Part shown: in pieces, positions 36,373 to 50,900 of the stretch | How the letters are laid out: the number at the start of each line of letters is the position of its first letter | Numbering within the stretch: the first letter of the stretch is position 1 | Origin: Marsupella aquatica | Lineage: Eukaryota; Plantae; Marchantiophyta | Reading direction: 5' to 3' | Assembly: GCA_973895155.1 (NCBI GenBank) | Contig: OZ316895.1 | Span: forward strand, 1,362,435-1,426,434 | DNA: 64,000 nt | Position numbers and translations under genes: made by a program | Notes under the pieces: model-generated | Told to the model about the DNA's origin: nothing | Databases searched by the model: none | The model's input: only the letters and a program-made list of their open reading frames with translations

Positions 36373-38977
36373 ATGGCGAGTGCGGCTGTTTGCCCACACA
36401 CAGGCTGTGGCGCTCCATTTGCGCAAGGGAAGGTTGAGACGTCCTGTGGAAACGCGAGATGGCAGCGGAGCAAGTGTACTTCTGGATCTACAGGCAGCAA
36501 GTTTGGTGGGATGATGATGCGGAGCTGTTGGTGGGGTGACGAATGTAGACGGCACGTCAGGTCCGGAAGAAGCTTTAGAAGAGGACATGGGAAGGGTTTT
36601 CCTCATGCCAAACGGCTTCAAGTGAAAGCAGGCTTGGAAGAGATTGTTCACAATCAGGCAAGAACTAAACGCCCAACTGTGGTCGTCTCCATCTCTTTGC
36701 AGCTGTGCAATACTTAGCTAGTCTTACCTCATCTCGATTCACTTCACGGTGAGAAGGGATTTCTAGTGGGTCAAACGTTTTTCTGAGTAAGGAAGAATCG
36801 GGTGGGAGCATTACCTTTAAATCAAGACAACAATCTGGTCGGAGCATTGGCTCAAATCCTGTAGCTTTGCCTGCATTGATCAATGCAATCTAATGGCAAC
36901 TACCTCCTCCTCGGCCGTTGATCATGGATTCCTAGAATTTTTGTATTTGTGTCTTTTGCAGCATCCATCTCATGGATTTTAAAGGTCTGCTTTGGTTGGA
37001 TAATGCGAGTCAAGACTATCAAAACTGACCACAGAAAAATGCATTTCAAGTTCCAATGCTCCTCGTAAGATTTTTCACCTTCGACCTGGAGAAATTCCTC
37101 CCTGACAAGAGTGGTCCAAACAACGCAGTTTTCGATCAGTATCGTTTCTCGTGGCTACATTGACGGAAGACCTTTCGACAGAAGAGTCGCTCAAAATCGT
37201 TTGAGTTGGGGGTGGATATCTTTCTGTAGGTGACATGAATTTTCAAATCACTATATGCTGTGCAGGTGTTAGTTTGTAGCGTTGCTGCTGGCATTCTTGG
37301 ACAGATAGCTAAGCCAATTTACACTGCCTTAAGAGGAAAAGGATTCAACTGGAGACTTATTTATACGTCTGGTGGAATGCCGTCCACGCATTCAGCGGTA
37401 ACGCTCGAGAACTGCCATGAAAAGTTACGTTATTACATTTGTTTTTCCGGCAAAGACTGTCACTCTTTTGCCATCTGAGATATTTCGTGCAATGGTTGCA
37501 GACTGTGACTGCTGCTGCGACAGCCCTCGGTATAGAAAGGTACTGGACAAGACGCTCAACTTTCTGTAAGACATTGCATTCCGGCATGTGGAAAGCCTTT
37601 AACGAAAACAGTTTGGGATGGTTGCTACTGCTGCATACGGTCGAGTAGAGTTGCTTCTTTTGTGCTTGATGTGAATTGACGTGATTTGTTCACTACATTT
37701 CTAAACCATGATTGTTCGACAGGGGACTGTCAGACTCTGTGTTTGGGCTATCCGTCATCATGGCTTGCCTTGTCATGTACGATGCACAGGTATTTACAGT
37801 CCGTCAGTCCTGAATATCTTCCTTCACTTAGATTTATGAAGGTTCTCACGTATCTTACAATCACAGTGTCCGATGAGGTTAGTCAAAGTCTATTCAAATG
37901 GTTATTCGTATCTCTGGCTGATGAACTGAAAGAATGCTGACGCTATTGATCATTGGCCCTTTCCTTTCTTAAACGAGTTCAAGCAGTAATGTTCAGAATC
38001 CTCAATGTCGAGAAAGTCTTCCCCCATCACAAGCCAGGAAACAGATGCGGCAGGATACCTGTGGGATCTTCTAGTCTGCCACTACGATTTTTCATTTTTT
38101 CCAATAATCGTGCAACATTTTGACATATCGCTCGACTGTCCAGAAGAATCACTACAAATTTAAAATGTGATTGACACGGAATAAGGAGTTGCGGTGTCCT
38201 GTAAACTTATTTACTTAGATCGAAGGCAGGGGATTGAGGGTTTAGGGTGAAATCGTCTCTTGTACATCTATGGGAACACAAGTAAACAATGGTTTATGTT
38301 TCGAGTTCAGATGGCTTGTTATCAATATAGGGCAATGATGTCAAGATTCTCTCCTTGTGTTAGTATTCAACATGTTGCAGTACGAATGGCCTTTCTTGTC
38401 CAGAGAATTGTCACACATCAACCACGATGGTAACAGATTAATTTCATGTTGGCAGGGGGTAAGAAGGTCTGTTGGCAAACAAGCAGAAGTTATCAATACC
38501 ATGATTTTCACACATATGGCAGGGTCTGTACCACCTCGATCTGTTCCTCCTGCTACATCTACTCCAAACCCTTCTCCTTATGCAATCGGCGTGGAGTTGG
38601 CCCGGGATCCTGTGCAAGCTGAGCTTGCATTTATGGAGGACGCTGACGCTTCCACTTATGGGAAATCGAAGAGTACAGCTGTACTAAGCAAGGAGAGTTC
38701 TGAGAGAGTAAATGGCATTCCAAGTGCACCCGTAACAATTGCAGGAGAGAGAACTCAAGCAAATGGAGCTGTTACTGGAGCACAACTCTTGGTGGAAGGT
38801 GCAGAGAGTCTACCTAGCATCCAGGATGGGGAGGTAACCCTACAAGAAATTGGGGACACAGATGGCTGGCGACACATTCCACTGAAGGAATCAGTCGGAC
38901 ACACCAAATTGGAAGTCCTTGTGGGAGGAATATGGGGTATTGTACTTGCATCCGCATTGCATTCGAGCATCCAATGA
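36373..38977 (+). CDS. DUF212/YuiD-family (divergent PAP2) membrane protein, probably plastid-targeted; exons 36373-36657, 37266-37397, 37502-37539, 37723-37789, 38456-38977
   Basis: HNQ|VLV...GQIAKP...SGGMPSTHSA|TVTAAATALGIER|GLSDSVFG...VMYDAQ|GVRRSVGKQAEVIN...LKESVGHT.LEVLVG; the exons join in frame; first intron is GC-AG. Confidence 0.9.
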
Positions 38978-41900
38978 TCGTCTTTAAGAACTTCACCGCA
39001 GGTGGTTTATAGGAACTTGTTATGAGATTAAGATCCGTAAGTAATTCTGTACAGATTGGGGCATGTTTAACCCATTTTATGATGCAATATGACAGTTTGC
39101 TGCAGTAGGTGGGTTTGTAAGGTATTTCCATGAATATTATGGTGGTTGAGAATTGTCTATACGTTTATTTGGGGAATTGAAAGCACGTGGTATGGAATTC
39201 TAATGAGATGGGCCTATTCGAAGGTTCTCATTTCTGGTGGTTTCATGCATGGTGACGAACATTTGAAATGTTGATTGGCAAGCGAGGGAAAGAAGACAGA
39301 AAACCATGAAAGGATTCCTCTCCTAACAGACCTTTTCCAAACCATCTGGGCTCAAAATGTCGATCCGGACAATGCCATGGATCTTTTTCTCGAGATTCTA
39401 TCGGGAGAACGTTTGTACGCCAGCATTCTTCGAGAAGATACCCTATACAGTGAGAACGTTTGCGTAGGGTACAGTAGGAGGAGCGGCCACAAGTGGACCA
39501 ACAATTGAGGCAAAACCATGAGAATTGCAAGTCTACTGAAAATGGGAAGTGGACAGACTACTTACAACAGGTGAGAATTCGCTTTATGAGTCATTGTTGA
39601 CTCTTCCATTTAAAAATTTGTTATCGTTAGTCCATTGAGGCACCGACCTCTCTGCTTTTGGGCAAAAAGAAAACGGCATGGACCCTAATGTTGCCCTTCT
39701 GGCTGCCACCATTGCTCTTTCCACCTTAGGTACTCCTGTTCGGGCAGCCCAGAACTTCAGTAGTCAGTGCAAAGCCTACACTGTCTACTGCCAACGGATT
39801 GAGGCAGTGGTGAATCAACAGCCACTACTCACAGCTGCCCCCACCACCACCTCCCGGCTAATTTCCTGACCACCTGCATCCAAGTTTAGCTGCCTCAACT
39901 CCTCTCTTCACTCGCCTGTGCTTTGCTATCGCCTGCCATACAACTACTTTCTACTACCCTGCCAAACCTCGAACTCTCTTCCCTCTGCCATACAATACCG
40001 TCATCACACGTCAACTACCGTGACACCTTCTTCCACTGCCCGCACTCATCCTGTGAACCGTCTTCCACTGCCCTCATTGCATTTGAAATACTGTTGCGAC
40101 AATTCCTGAGGAAATTGACAATTTCACTTACACTACTCATGACAATGCACATTGCTACTGGACAATACATTGCCAACCTTTGCTTGCAATCGTGCAAACA
40201 CCAAAGGCGATGCTGATTGTGATTGTGTTGGAAGGCCGAAAATGTACTTTTTTTCAGTGCAAGATTCTCATGAAAAAGTGAAAGAACATGAATGATGGAA
40301 GGATCATTGGCAACATTATAATGTTGAAGAATCAAAACTATGGAGTTCAACTTCGAATTCTTCTCTAGGTATCTACTTCGATAATATGCGATCCCACAAC
40401 GAGGGCACGCATTGTCTGCTAACAAAATTACAAAAGACAAGAATGCGACTGTTGAATTTATTTGTCGGTTCTTCTTGAATGTCAGTTCTCCAGCTAGAAA
40501 GGACCCTAAAAAAGGTCTGCAAGCCTTTGGAAACAGTCAGGAGAAACTCTAGCTCATGGTTCTGATCTATTGATGCTGCGATTGAGTTAAATACGATGTT
40601 GGACAACAGTGCACAATGGTCATGAGGCAAGGGTCAAGCAGTCTGAGTTTTTAGATCAATGGGTGAAATCAGATCTTTAGATCAATGGGTGATATCAGAT
40701 GTTGATGATTAATGGTGAGAATGCTCACTTTAAACCAACAGTACTTTATCAGGTGTTCTTTTTGCGTGTCTGTAATGATGCTTCTATGCTTCCCAGGTGT
40801 GTCACCATACTAATTGCATCTAAAGAGTTTTCAGTTATAATTTTGTCATCTCAAGCCTGGTTTTTATGTTGTTGCCTATCTTGGGGACCTACTCACTATT
40901 AAAAATTGAAGGAAATGGAAATCCCATAACCCTCTGATGAGGCGCCAATCAGATGAAAGAGAAGTGAGAAAGTGAAGTGGGGAGTCGGAGAGGAACGGAA
41001 AAAGGAAATGGGTGTGTGGGTTGGGGGACGGGGACAGGGACAGGGAGGGGAAAAGAATTGTGGGTTTCAAGTTTAGGTTGGAGGGCAACTTACTAAATTG
41101 TTTAATCTTGATATAATTATGGTACCACTTAACCAGCTTCCTATCTAACAAACGTTTCATGGACCTACTGTCCCACCAGCAAAGTTTGCATGAACAACAT
41201 AGGCATTAAACATTTGGTTTCTGCTTTCTTCACCAGCCGTGCAACTTTTGCCTTCTCTTTGCACTCTCCTCCCCGTCCTTGTGACTTTAAGTCTCCTCCC
41301 TACCTACAATTCATGCATTGCTTTCTCTTTCACCTAGCATTTCAGCACTTACACTTTGACCATCTGTTGACAGAACTTGCCTCAACATTCCTTTTGGGGC
41401 GCTCGGCCATGGCCTCCACCCAGCGCGGCTTTGCTAATGGAATACATGTCTCCGATAAATATATGCAACTTTGTTTGACCTCATGACCTTGCTCACTTTG
41501 CGTGCAAAATCATTCTTGCAACAATAGCACGGCAAGTACCACCAACAAAACAATTGTGCAACACACAGGCACTCGGCTGGTGCAACTATAGTAGACAATA
41601 CTTAGCCCTTGGACAGTTACAAGACAAATCCCATAATGCTCTAATATAAGAATAAAACTACCCAAAGAGTACCAAAGAAAGAAATCCATGTGGAAGTCAG
41701 GGATTTATGTCCTTGAACTGCACACGAAGATCCAATTTATTCAGTGTGACATGTCTTGAGGCATCATAATTAAATGTGCTGGGGAGCTTAGGGCTCTTTG
41801 GGTGGGAGAAGGGGCGGGATAGGCTTCTTGTGGAATCATGATTGAACCCTCCTGGGAAATCTCAATTTTGCAGGTTGGCATGACTTACCCCTCCTTACAG

Positions 41901-42329
41901 ATACTTTTAGATAGGATCTCTATCTCTCACACACACTTTCTCATCTCGTACAAATGTTTTTGTTTTGTTCTTGTGAAGACTCTGATAGAAGGTTGATCAT
42001 CTCAGTCCTTTCACTTTGATCAACAATTTCTTTGTCATTCATGCTACTAAGTCCTTAACTTGGCACTTGGTAGACAGTAATGTGTATATTGTACAGAGTG
42101 TTCCTTTGATACTTTCACTTGTTTTCATTCTCCCCTCTGATTTGGACTCCTGCTTTTTTTCAATTTTCTTTTTTTGGACTCCTGTCTCATGACTGAGCGC
42201 TTTTGTTCATTGGGAGTGTGATATATATTTGATAGTTCCTTGTAGTAAAAATTAGTCTAAAGTATAATTTCTTCTGTGGACTCTATGTATGATTCTTCAT
42301 TGCCTCAAGTATGTCATATCACCAGACAT

Positions 42330-42673
42330 TGTTGAGCATAGACGACATTCGTAACGGCAAGCCCATGAACCATCCAACGCACAAGAGTCGACACAGAGAG
42401 ATACGTGGTTCACCTCCACATGAGGCTACGTCCACGGCAACACATAAGAGTTTTACTGCACTCTAGGCCGACCGGCCATACCAAGCATCCACAACACAAG
42501 CTCTCCCTATCTCTCAACTAGCTCCGTAACAATGAGCCTAAGTTCCACCAGGGTCTGGAATCAGCCCTGGCTATATGCACACCAGCACTACCGCTAACAT
42601 TAGCTAAGTCCTAACCCGAGTTAGACTAACTATGGTTAGCTCATGAGTCACAAGACTAGAGCAATATCTAACA
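42330..42673 (-). repeat. 3' LTR of outer Copia (344 bp)
   Basis: TG..CA ends; near-identical to 55336-55437 + 60106-60317 apart from ~3 substitutions, a 29-bp indel and a 1-bp indel. Confidence 0.95.
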
Positions 42674-42880
42674 AACTCCCCCTTGAATCTTGTCTTGGGG
42701 ACTGAACTAAATGCTACCATATGGAATCCTCAGCGGGAAGTTCTAGACAATCACCAAACCAGGTCTCCCCCTAAAAACCACAAGGGTTAACTAAGGGTTA
42801 ACTAGAACTAAGCCGTAGCCTAACAGGAATGAGTAATCCATTTACAAATAGTCACACATTGTTAAATAACTCTACTTGCA

Positions 42881-44909
42881 CTACAACTGCAAAACCTGCA
42901 AAGTAGCACGGTGTCTTGAGAAACTCTCCAAAGGAATCACTTTGGTAAAGGCATCGGCAGGATTGAGCTTTCCATCAATCTTGACTAGCTCAAAAGTTTT
43001 ATCAGACACTGCTTGCCTGATAAAATGGTACCTGATATCAATGTGCTTCACCCTGCTATCCATCACCTGGTTAGCAGCCAAGTGAAGAGCACTTTGACTA
43101 TCACAGTTTAGAGTCATTTTGCCATGCTCTAAACCCATCTCCGCGATCAACTTATCCAACCAAATTGCTTCCTTTGCTGCTTCTGCTGCTGCAACATACT
43201 CTGCTTCTGTAGTAGACTAAGATATACACTTCTGCAAGGTAGATTTCCAACTGATACATCCTCCTCCAAGAGTGTATACAAACCCAGTTGTAGACCTCCT
43301 TGTATCCAGACAGCCTCCATAGTCAGAATCTACATAGCCAACCAACGTTCTATCTGATCTGTTATCAAATAGTAATCCATAGTCCTTTGTTCCCCTCACA
43401 TACCTGAGAATCCATTTCACAGCTTCCCAATGTACCTTCCCTGGATTTGACATGAATCTGCTAACCTTGCCCATCGCTAGGGCCAAGTCAGGCCTAGTAC
43501 AGGTCATCAAATACATCAGACTGCCTACTGCCTTCTCATAAGGAATCTTAGCCATCAGACCTTTCTCCACAGCATCCGTAGGAGAGAAAGCCGATGATAA
43601 CTTGAAATGTGAAGCTAAAGGAATACTCACTGGCTTATAGTTCTCCATGTTGAATCGTGCAAGTACTTTCCTCGCATACTGGCCTTGACTCAAGCACAAC
43701 TGTCCAGTCTCAGAGTTCCTAAAAATCTCCATCCCTAAGATCCTCTTGGCCTTACCAAGATCTTTCATCCTGAATTCAACACTCAATTTCGCCTTGAGAC
43801 TGTCAATCTCAGATTGATCTTTAGCCACAATCAGCATGTCATCCACATAGATCACAGAATGATGAAACCAAATACATCATTCTTGACTGATTTCGTATAC
43901 ACACAAGGATCATACACCATCCTTGTAAAACCTTGAGCAAACATGAAATCATCAAACCGCTTGTTCTACTGTCTGGGAGACTGCTTCAATCCATACAAGG
44001 ACTTGAGCACTCTGCAAACTAAGTTCTCTTGGCCCTTCTTCATAAAGCCTAACAGTGGCTGTCTCATGAAGATCAACTCTTCCAAGTTGCCATAGAGAAA
44101 AGCAGTAACAACATCCATTTGATCCATCACCAGACCAAAAAACACAACAAGCTGACACAAGATCCGAATTGTGGAATACTTAGCTACCGGTGAAAAGACC
44201 TCATTGTAATCCACTTCTTTCTCCTGAGTGAATCCCTTGGCAACAAGCCTTGCCTTGTAGATCTTGTCTCCACCCTCTGAAGGACTATCCTTCAACTTGT
44301 AAATCCACTTGCTGTCCACCACTTGCTGACCTCTTGGAAGCTCCACCAGCTCCCATGTCTTGTTGTCACTCAAAGATTGCAACTCCCTCTGCATTGCTGC
44401 ATTCCACTCATGCTTCTGCTCTGAAGCACAAGCCTCACTATACGATGAAGGCTCTCCTTCTTCCAAGATCAAAGCCATATCATCTTCATCAGGTGCAATG
44501 TCAATATCATCTAGCTTAGATGAGTCTGCCCATTGACCATACCTGGTAGGAGCTCTAGTAGAACGAATGGAAGTTCTTCTAGTAGATGACTCAGACTGAT
44601 CTGTTGCAGCTGTTGGTTGAATTTGAGGTACCCTAGCAACAATTTGCTCCTCTTGTTCCATCACAAGAACCAACTCCAAGCCCGGAGCTTCTCCATCTCT
44701 CCTGTCATGAACTGCATCATGACTAATCTCCCCCTCAACCCGGTCCGGGATGGGAGATTTCCCCTTATCAGTATGGGAGTCCTGAGAACTCTCCCCCTCC
44801 TTTGATGATCTGGATTCATTAAAGGACACATCTCTACTGACAATTAGTTTACAGGTTATTGGATCCCATAACCTATAACCCTTCACACCTTTTTGATAGC
44901 CAAGGAAAA
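42881..44909 (-). pseudogene. Outer Copia pol, C-terminal part (integrase end, RT, RNase H)
   Basis: IFLGYQKGVKGYRLWDP; YKARLVAKGFTQ; QMDVVTAFL; KSLYGLKQSPRQ*; IYVDDML; STTEAEY; KHIDIRYHFIR. Stops at 43966 and 43217, frameshift near 43856. Confidence 0.93.
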
Positions 44910-47900
44910 TATTAGGAATTGGCTCAATTGTTAGGAATTGACTCTAGTTCCCGACATAGTTAGCTTGGCCTTACTAGGGTTAGTTTTAACCCTAGATTAC
45001 ATTAGGATAAGATCCGCTTAGTTTAGGCCCACTCATCTTGGCCCCCTTGGGGGGTATAGGCTGGAGGGAGAGCACTCTCTCCCTCATTCTTCACATGTAC
45101 TCTCATTTGCTATGGAGCCTTCAGGAGTTTCTCCACTCGGGGTGTCTCGTCGGTGTAGCGTCTGATTGAGTGTCTCTCATATTTCCGCATTCCTATCTAG
45201 TCCGGAGCCGACGGTTTCTTACAAGTGGTATCAGAGCCTCGCGTTCGTGGTTCGGTGGCCTGGGCAGTGGTGAGAGCGTTTCATTGTATTGGATCGTGGT
45301 GGAAGATTGAATCGTCGTCGATGATTGCATGATTGTTTCACTGGTCGTTTCGCGTTGAAGGTTTCATGCTTGAATACGGTGACGGTTTCCCGATTGAAAC
45401 TTCAGCTTGGAGTGTCGGATGTGTCTCTGTTGTTTGAAGTACTGTCAAGAGGACAGTCTAGCGATCTCTTATGCGCGTCGGCGGGCACAACGTTTTGGTG
45501 AAGGTTTCAGTGCTTTTCATCATTGGTGTGCCGAGTAATCTTGTATATTGAGGTTGTTGTTTAGAGCTTTATGCTCTTGGTTATGGCTTATGTAAGGTTC
45601 GTCTCTCTCTCGTGTGGGGCCGAAGGAGTCTCTTTCTCTTCGTGAAAAGTCGTGAATTGTGGGGCCAATGTTGCATTATTTTTGCAAATTTTAGTTCATC
45701 CTTAAGTCGCCGTATCGCAACGTTATACGGCGTTGCGGACAGGCTTGAGTCCAGCCGGTGTATTATCTTCGGGCACGAGGCCATATGTTCCCCGTTGGCA
45801 TTGAGGGAGAGCCCGAGGTCTAAGAAGGTACATCTGTACCTGCAGGTACAGTACTTGAAAGTATTGTATTGAGTGGGGAGGGGGAGTTCGTAGCTCCCTC
45901 CTCTCAAGAGCTCTTGAAGAGGGCACGAGGCCCTGTGCAGGTACGACTGTACTTGCTGGTACAATTTTATTTTCTTTTAAGTGTGGGAAAGGGAAATTCG
46001 TATCTCCCTTCTCTCAGGAGCTTTAATGGGGCCCATTGCACTATGCTGAAAGAGCGAAGGGGAGGGGAGAGAGTCTCCTCCTTTGAGGAGACTTAATAAA
46101 CGGGGGCTCAAAGCCCTATGGAGGTGTGCAGGAGCCAGGAGGTGCATTAAGCTCCCTTTTTTCAGGAGCTAGGAGGGGAGTTAATGGTCCCTCTTTCCAG
46201 GAGCTTTGAAGGAGGGCTCGAAGCCCTATGATCAAGCCAGGAGGGCTCGAGTGAATTTTGAGGGGTACAAGGGGGGCATTAACGGCCCCTGTACCTGGTG
46301 CACAGCAGGACGGAGGGCTAGAGTGGAGGGTCGACGCGCGACCCTATGCGCGGGAGGGCAAGGCACGGAAAAGTTTTTTTAAAGAATTTTTTGAGGTCAG
46401 TAGGGACGAATGCTCGTCCCTAGTCTTCATTTTTTTTCTTTGTTCTTTTCTTTTTCTCTCCGCGATTACTCTTACTTCCCAGGTGGACAGGTGTTGGCTC
46501 CACATTTCTTCTGCTGTAAATTTCGACTGTACTTTGATTCCCTCCGAAAGATACTTTTCCAGAGAGCTGAATTTTGGCCGAAATTTCGAATTCGGCGGTT
46601 GTCGAGGCAGAATTTTTTCGCACTGCTTTGCAAGGGGATACTCAAGGGAGTTGAGCACCGGCCTGTGAAATCGATTTGCATTTAACTATTGCAAAAAAAT
46701 TTCGGGACCTAAGATACCCGACGGGGGTCAAAACGGCCATTTTGACCCCCCTCCGGTCCGGGTTGAATAAGTTTTTGCTGGAGAAGTTTTTTGCCAAATC
46801 ATTTTTAGATCTTGGTAGTGTACCTTGCAGGCTACGCGGCAGTGCATTCCATTTCCACTTTCACCAACTTTCATTTGTTGGTGACTTTTTGGGTGGAGGT
46901 ATTTTGGTTGTGTTTCCCGTGTGTTTGTGGCAGCATCAATGACTTCAAGAAAGCTTGCGGCGCCGAAGTTTGAGGTGGAGAAGTTTGACGGGAAGGTCAG
47001 CTTCAGCCTCTGGACTCGGAAGGTGACCAATGTGTTGATCCAGCAGGGTCTTGAGAAGACCCTCACTGGAGTGAAACCCTCGAATCTAACAGATGAGGAG
47101 TGGGAGGACATGTCGGTGCAGGCGTGTAGCACAATTGAGTTGTTCTTGGCAAACAACATTCTCAAGAACGTGTTGGGGATGGATCGGAATGCCAAGAAAA
47201 TCTGGGATATGCTTACTCAGCTATACCAGAGTACTTCGTTGACTACTCGCATTTATCACTTGGAGCGGCTATTCAGGTTGAAGTTGAAGGATGGTGGCAA
47301 CATGCGTGATCACCTCAGTCTCTTTGATGAGATTGTGCACGAGGTGGCCACGGCGGGAGACAAGTTGACCGATGAGTATCTTGCGATGCATTTGTTGATG
47401 TCGCTTCCTCAGAGCTATTCGACGTTGGTGACAGTCATCACACATGACAAGTCTACGTTGAAGCTGGATGAGGTAAAGGCTACCATTCTTGCAGAATGGG
47501 GCAAGCGACAACTTTCTGGCCGTGACAATGAGTCTGCTACCTTAGTGGTTAGAGGCAGATCGACGGAGCGTACTACGGATCAGTCTAGATCTAAATCACA
47601 TAGTAGATCTAAATCTAAGTCCCGTAGTAAGAAAGTGCAGTGTTGGCATTGCCATGAGAAGGGCCACACCAAGTGGAATTGTCCTTCTCTGTCGAAGCAG
47701 AAGCGTCCTGCTTCCAATGGTGCGTCCTCATCGTCGGCTGGTATTGTGATTGCTGATAATGAGGATGCTGCTGAAGTGCTATGTATTGGTGCTGTGAATT
47801 CTGTGTATGACAATAAATGGATGTTGGATTCGGGTTCCTCTTATCACGTGTGTCCAACGCAATCGTATTTCTCCACTTACCAACCTTGTACCGATACTGT

Positions 47901-50900
47901 GGAAATCGGAAATGGAGTCCGATGTGCGATTGTTGGCATGGGGACTATCAAATTCCGGATGTTTGATGGTGTTGTGCGAGCACTGACGGGAGTCAGACAC
48001 ATACTAGACATCTCTAAGAATTTGATTTCTCTTGGTGCTTTGGAAGCTGGTGGATCTCATTTCACTGCACGTGATGGTGCGCTCTTTGTCATCAAAGATG
48101 ATGTATCTTTGATTAAGGCGCTACGGCAGAATAATTTGTACATCTTGGAAGGAGATGTCATTGCTCCTAGAGTGGAGCATGTGGATTCTATGGTGGAACG
48201 TTCGGATGCAGCGGCAACATCTGCTGTAGAGTCATCTACGGCTGCTTCAATTGAAGCACCCTCGACATCTGGTCGCACACAAGCCATAGATTTGTGGCAT
48301 GCACGGTTGGGGCACTTGAGTGGTAAAGGATTGGCAGCCTTGGCAAACAGAGATTTGTTGCAAGGCGCTCAATCTGATAAACTCTCTTTTTGTGAAGATT
48401 GCATCTTCGGCAAGCAGAGGAGAGTGAGTTTCAGTTCTAGTTCATACCATTCTCATGAAATTCTTGAGTATGTACATTCGGATATTTGGGGTCCAGTGCC
48501 GGAGCCGTCGTTGGGTGGAGCCAGATATTTTGTGACGTTTGTAGATGATTACTCTCGAATGTGTTGGTTGTACTACATGAAGGAGAAGTCTCAAGTCTTT
48601 GAGATTTTCAAGGAGTGGAAAGCCATGGTAGAGCTACAAACTGGGAAGGAGTTGAAGTGTGTTCGGTTCGATAACGGTGGCGAGTATAAGTCCAATGAGT
48701 TTGATCAATTTGGTCGGGACCTTGGCCTCAAGCGTCATTACACTGTACCGGAGACCCCGCAGCAGAATGGAGTTGCAGAACGGTTGAATCGGACATTACT
48801 AGAGAAATCACACAACATGCTATGTAAGTCCAAGTTGCCCAACAACTTTTGGGCTGAAGCTGTCAACCAAGCTGCATACGTCTACAATCTGTCACCGCAT
48901 AGTAGTAAGTTGATGCAGACTCCATATGAGTTGTGGTATAAGAGACCTGCTGATTACTCTAGACTCCGAGTTTTTGGTTGTGCTGCCTATGTTCACATTG
49001 AGCAGACACACAGGTCTAAGTTGGATCCCAAGTCTAAGAAATGTATTTTTCTAGGCTTTAGTCCTGGGCAGAAGGGCTATAAATTGTGGGATCCTGTCGA
49101 TTGCAAGGCAGTTGTGAGCAAAAATGTTGTTTTTGACGAAGAATGGTTGTCAAGACCCCGGGATATTCAAGAGGAACAGGTGGAGGAACCCACTACGATG
49201 GAGCTTGGTGGCGATGAGGAAGCTGCTGGTCCCTCTGGAAGAGGTGCAATTCCTCAACCAAGGCGCTCCACCAGGGCCAATTTTGGCCAACCCCCTGATA
49301 GATTTGGTTTTGCAGATCCTCGTGTTCACGTTGTTGAGCATGACGATGATCCCGGTGTTATTTTGCTTACTGAAGATGGAGACCCCTCTAGCTATGAAGA
49401 AGCTATGGCCTCTCCAGAGAAGGATAAGTGGATGGAGGCGATGTTGAAGGAGATGAATTCTTTGAAGAAGAATTCAACTTGGCGCTTAACTGACATGCCT
49501 CGCGAGAAAACACTGGTTCCGTGTAGATGGTTGTACAAGAAGAAGCAGGATGGCACTTACAAGGCTCGCCTTGTGGCCAAAGGGTACACCCAGAAGGAGG
49601 GCTTGGACTACACGGAAATTTTCTCACCAGTTGTCAAACTCACTACTATCCGTGTTTTACTTGCGATTGTGGCATTCTATGATCTTGAGTTAGATCAGAT
49701 GGATGTAATTACTGCTTTCCTGCATGGATTGCTTGATGTGGAGATTTATATGACTCAGCCTCCAGGTTTTATTGATGAAAAGACCAGACACTTGGTGTGT
49801 AAGCTCTTGCGCTCGTTATACGGATTGAAGCAGAGTCCCAGACAGTGGAATAAGCGTTTTGATTCCTTCATGTTATCTCAGGGGTTCACACGAAGTGAAC
49901 ATGATTGTTGTATTTACATGAAGGAGGTGGAGAATTACTCACGCTTTGGTTACATTGTGCTGGCATTGTACGTGGATGACATGTTGATCCTGGCTGAGAA
50001 TAAGTCTGATGTTGCCCATCTGAAAGCAATGCTGAGTAAGGAGTTTTCAATGAAGGACTTGGGTCAGGCCAAGAAGATACTAGGGATGGAGATTCATCGT
50101 GACAGGGAGCAAAGGCAATTATGGTTGTCTCAGAGGCAGTATTTGGAGAAGGTACTTGCCAAGTATGGAATGGAGAATGCAAAACCAGTTGGTACTCCAT
50201 TGGCCTCCCACTTTAAACTCTCAAAGAATGATTGCCCTTCTAGTGAGAGTGATAGACTGGCGATGAAACATATTCCCTATGATAGTGTTGTGGGTAGTTT
50301 GATGTATGCAATGACATGCACTAGACCTTACATTGCCCACGCTGTTAGCATTTTGAGCAGATTTATGGCAAATCCTGGTAAGCTTCACTGGGAAGCAGTG
50401 AAGTGGGTTTTGCGGTATTTGAAAGGTACCTTAGATTGTGGGATCTTATTTGACGGTAAAGCAGACTCTACATTAGAGTTGGAAGGTTTTGTAGATTCAG
50501 ATTATGCTGGTAACTTGGATAACAGAAAGTCTACTACAGGCTATGTGTTTATGCTGGGTGGAGGTTGTATCAGCTGAAAGTCGGCAACTCAATCTTGTGT
50601 TGCGTTGTCTACTACTGAGGCTGAGTACATGGCTGCATGTGAGGCAACCAAGGAGCTGATCTGGCTACGGAGATTGGTGAGTGATCTGGGTCTTTCACCT
50701 GAAAGACCGGTGCTGCTGTGCGACAGTCAAAGTGCTTTGCATCTGGCTAAGAACCCCGTGTTCCATGCCAGGACAAAGCACATTGACATTCGTTATCACT
50801 TCATCCGTGAGGTGATTGAGACAAAGCAGATGTTTCTGGAGAAGGTGGCTTCAGAGGAGAATGCGGCAGACATGCTTACCAAAGTTTTACCTACCAATAG

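Noticed and set aside
39243-40630. Short ORFs downstream of the DUF212 gene, possibly a TE relic
   Set aside because: No catalytic motif, TIR or TSD could be identified.
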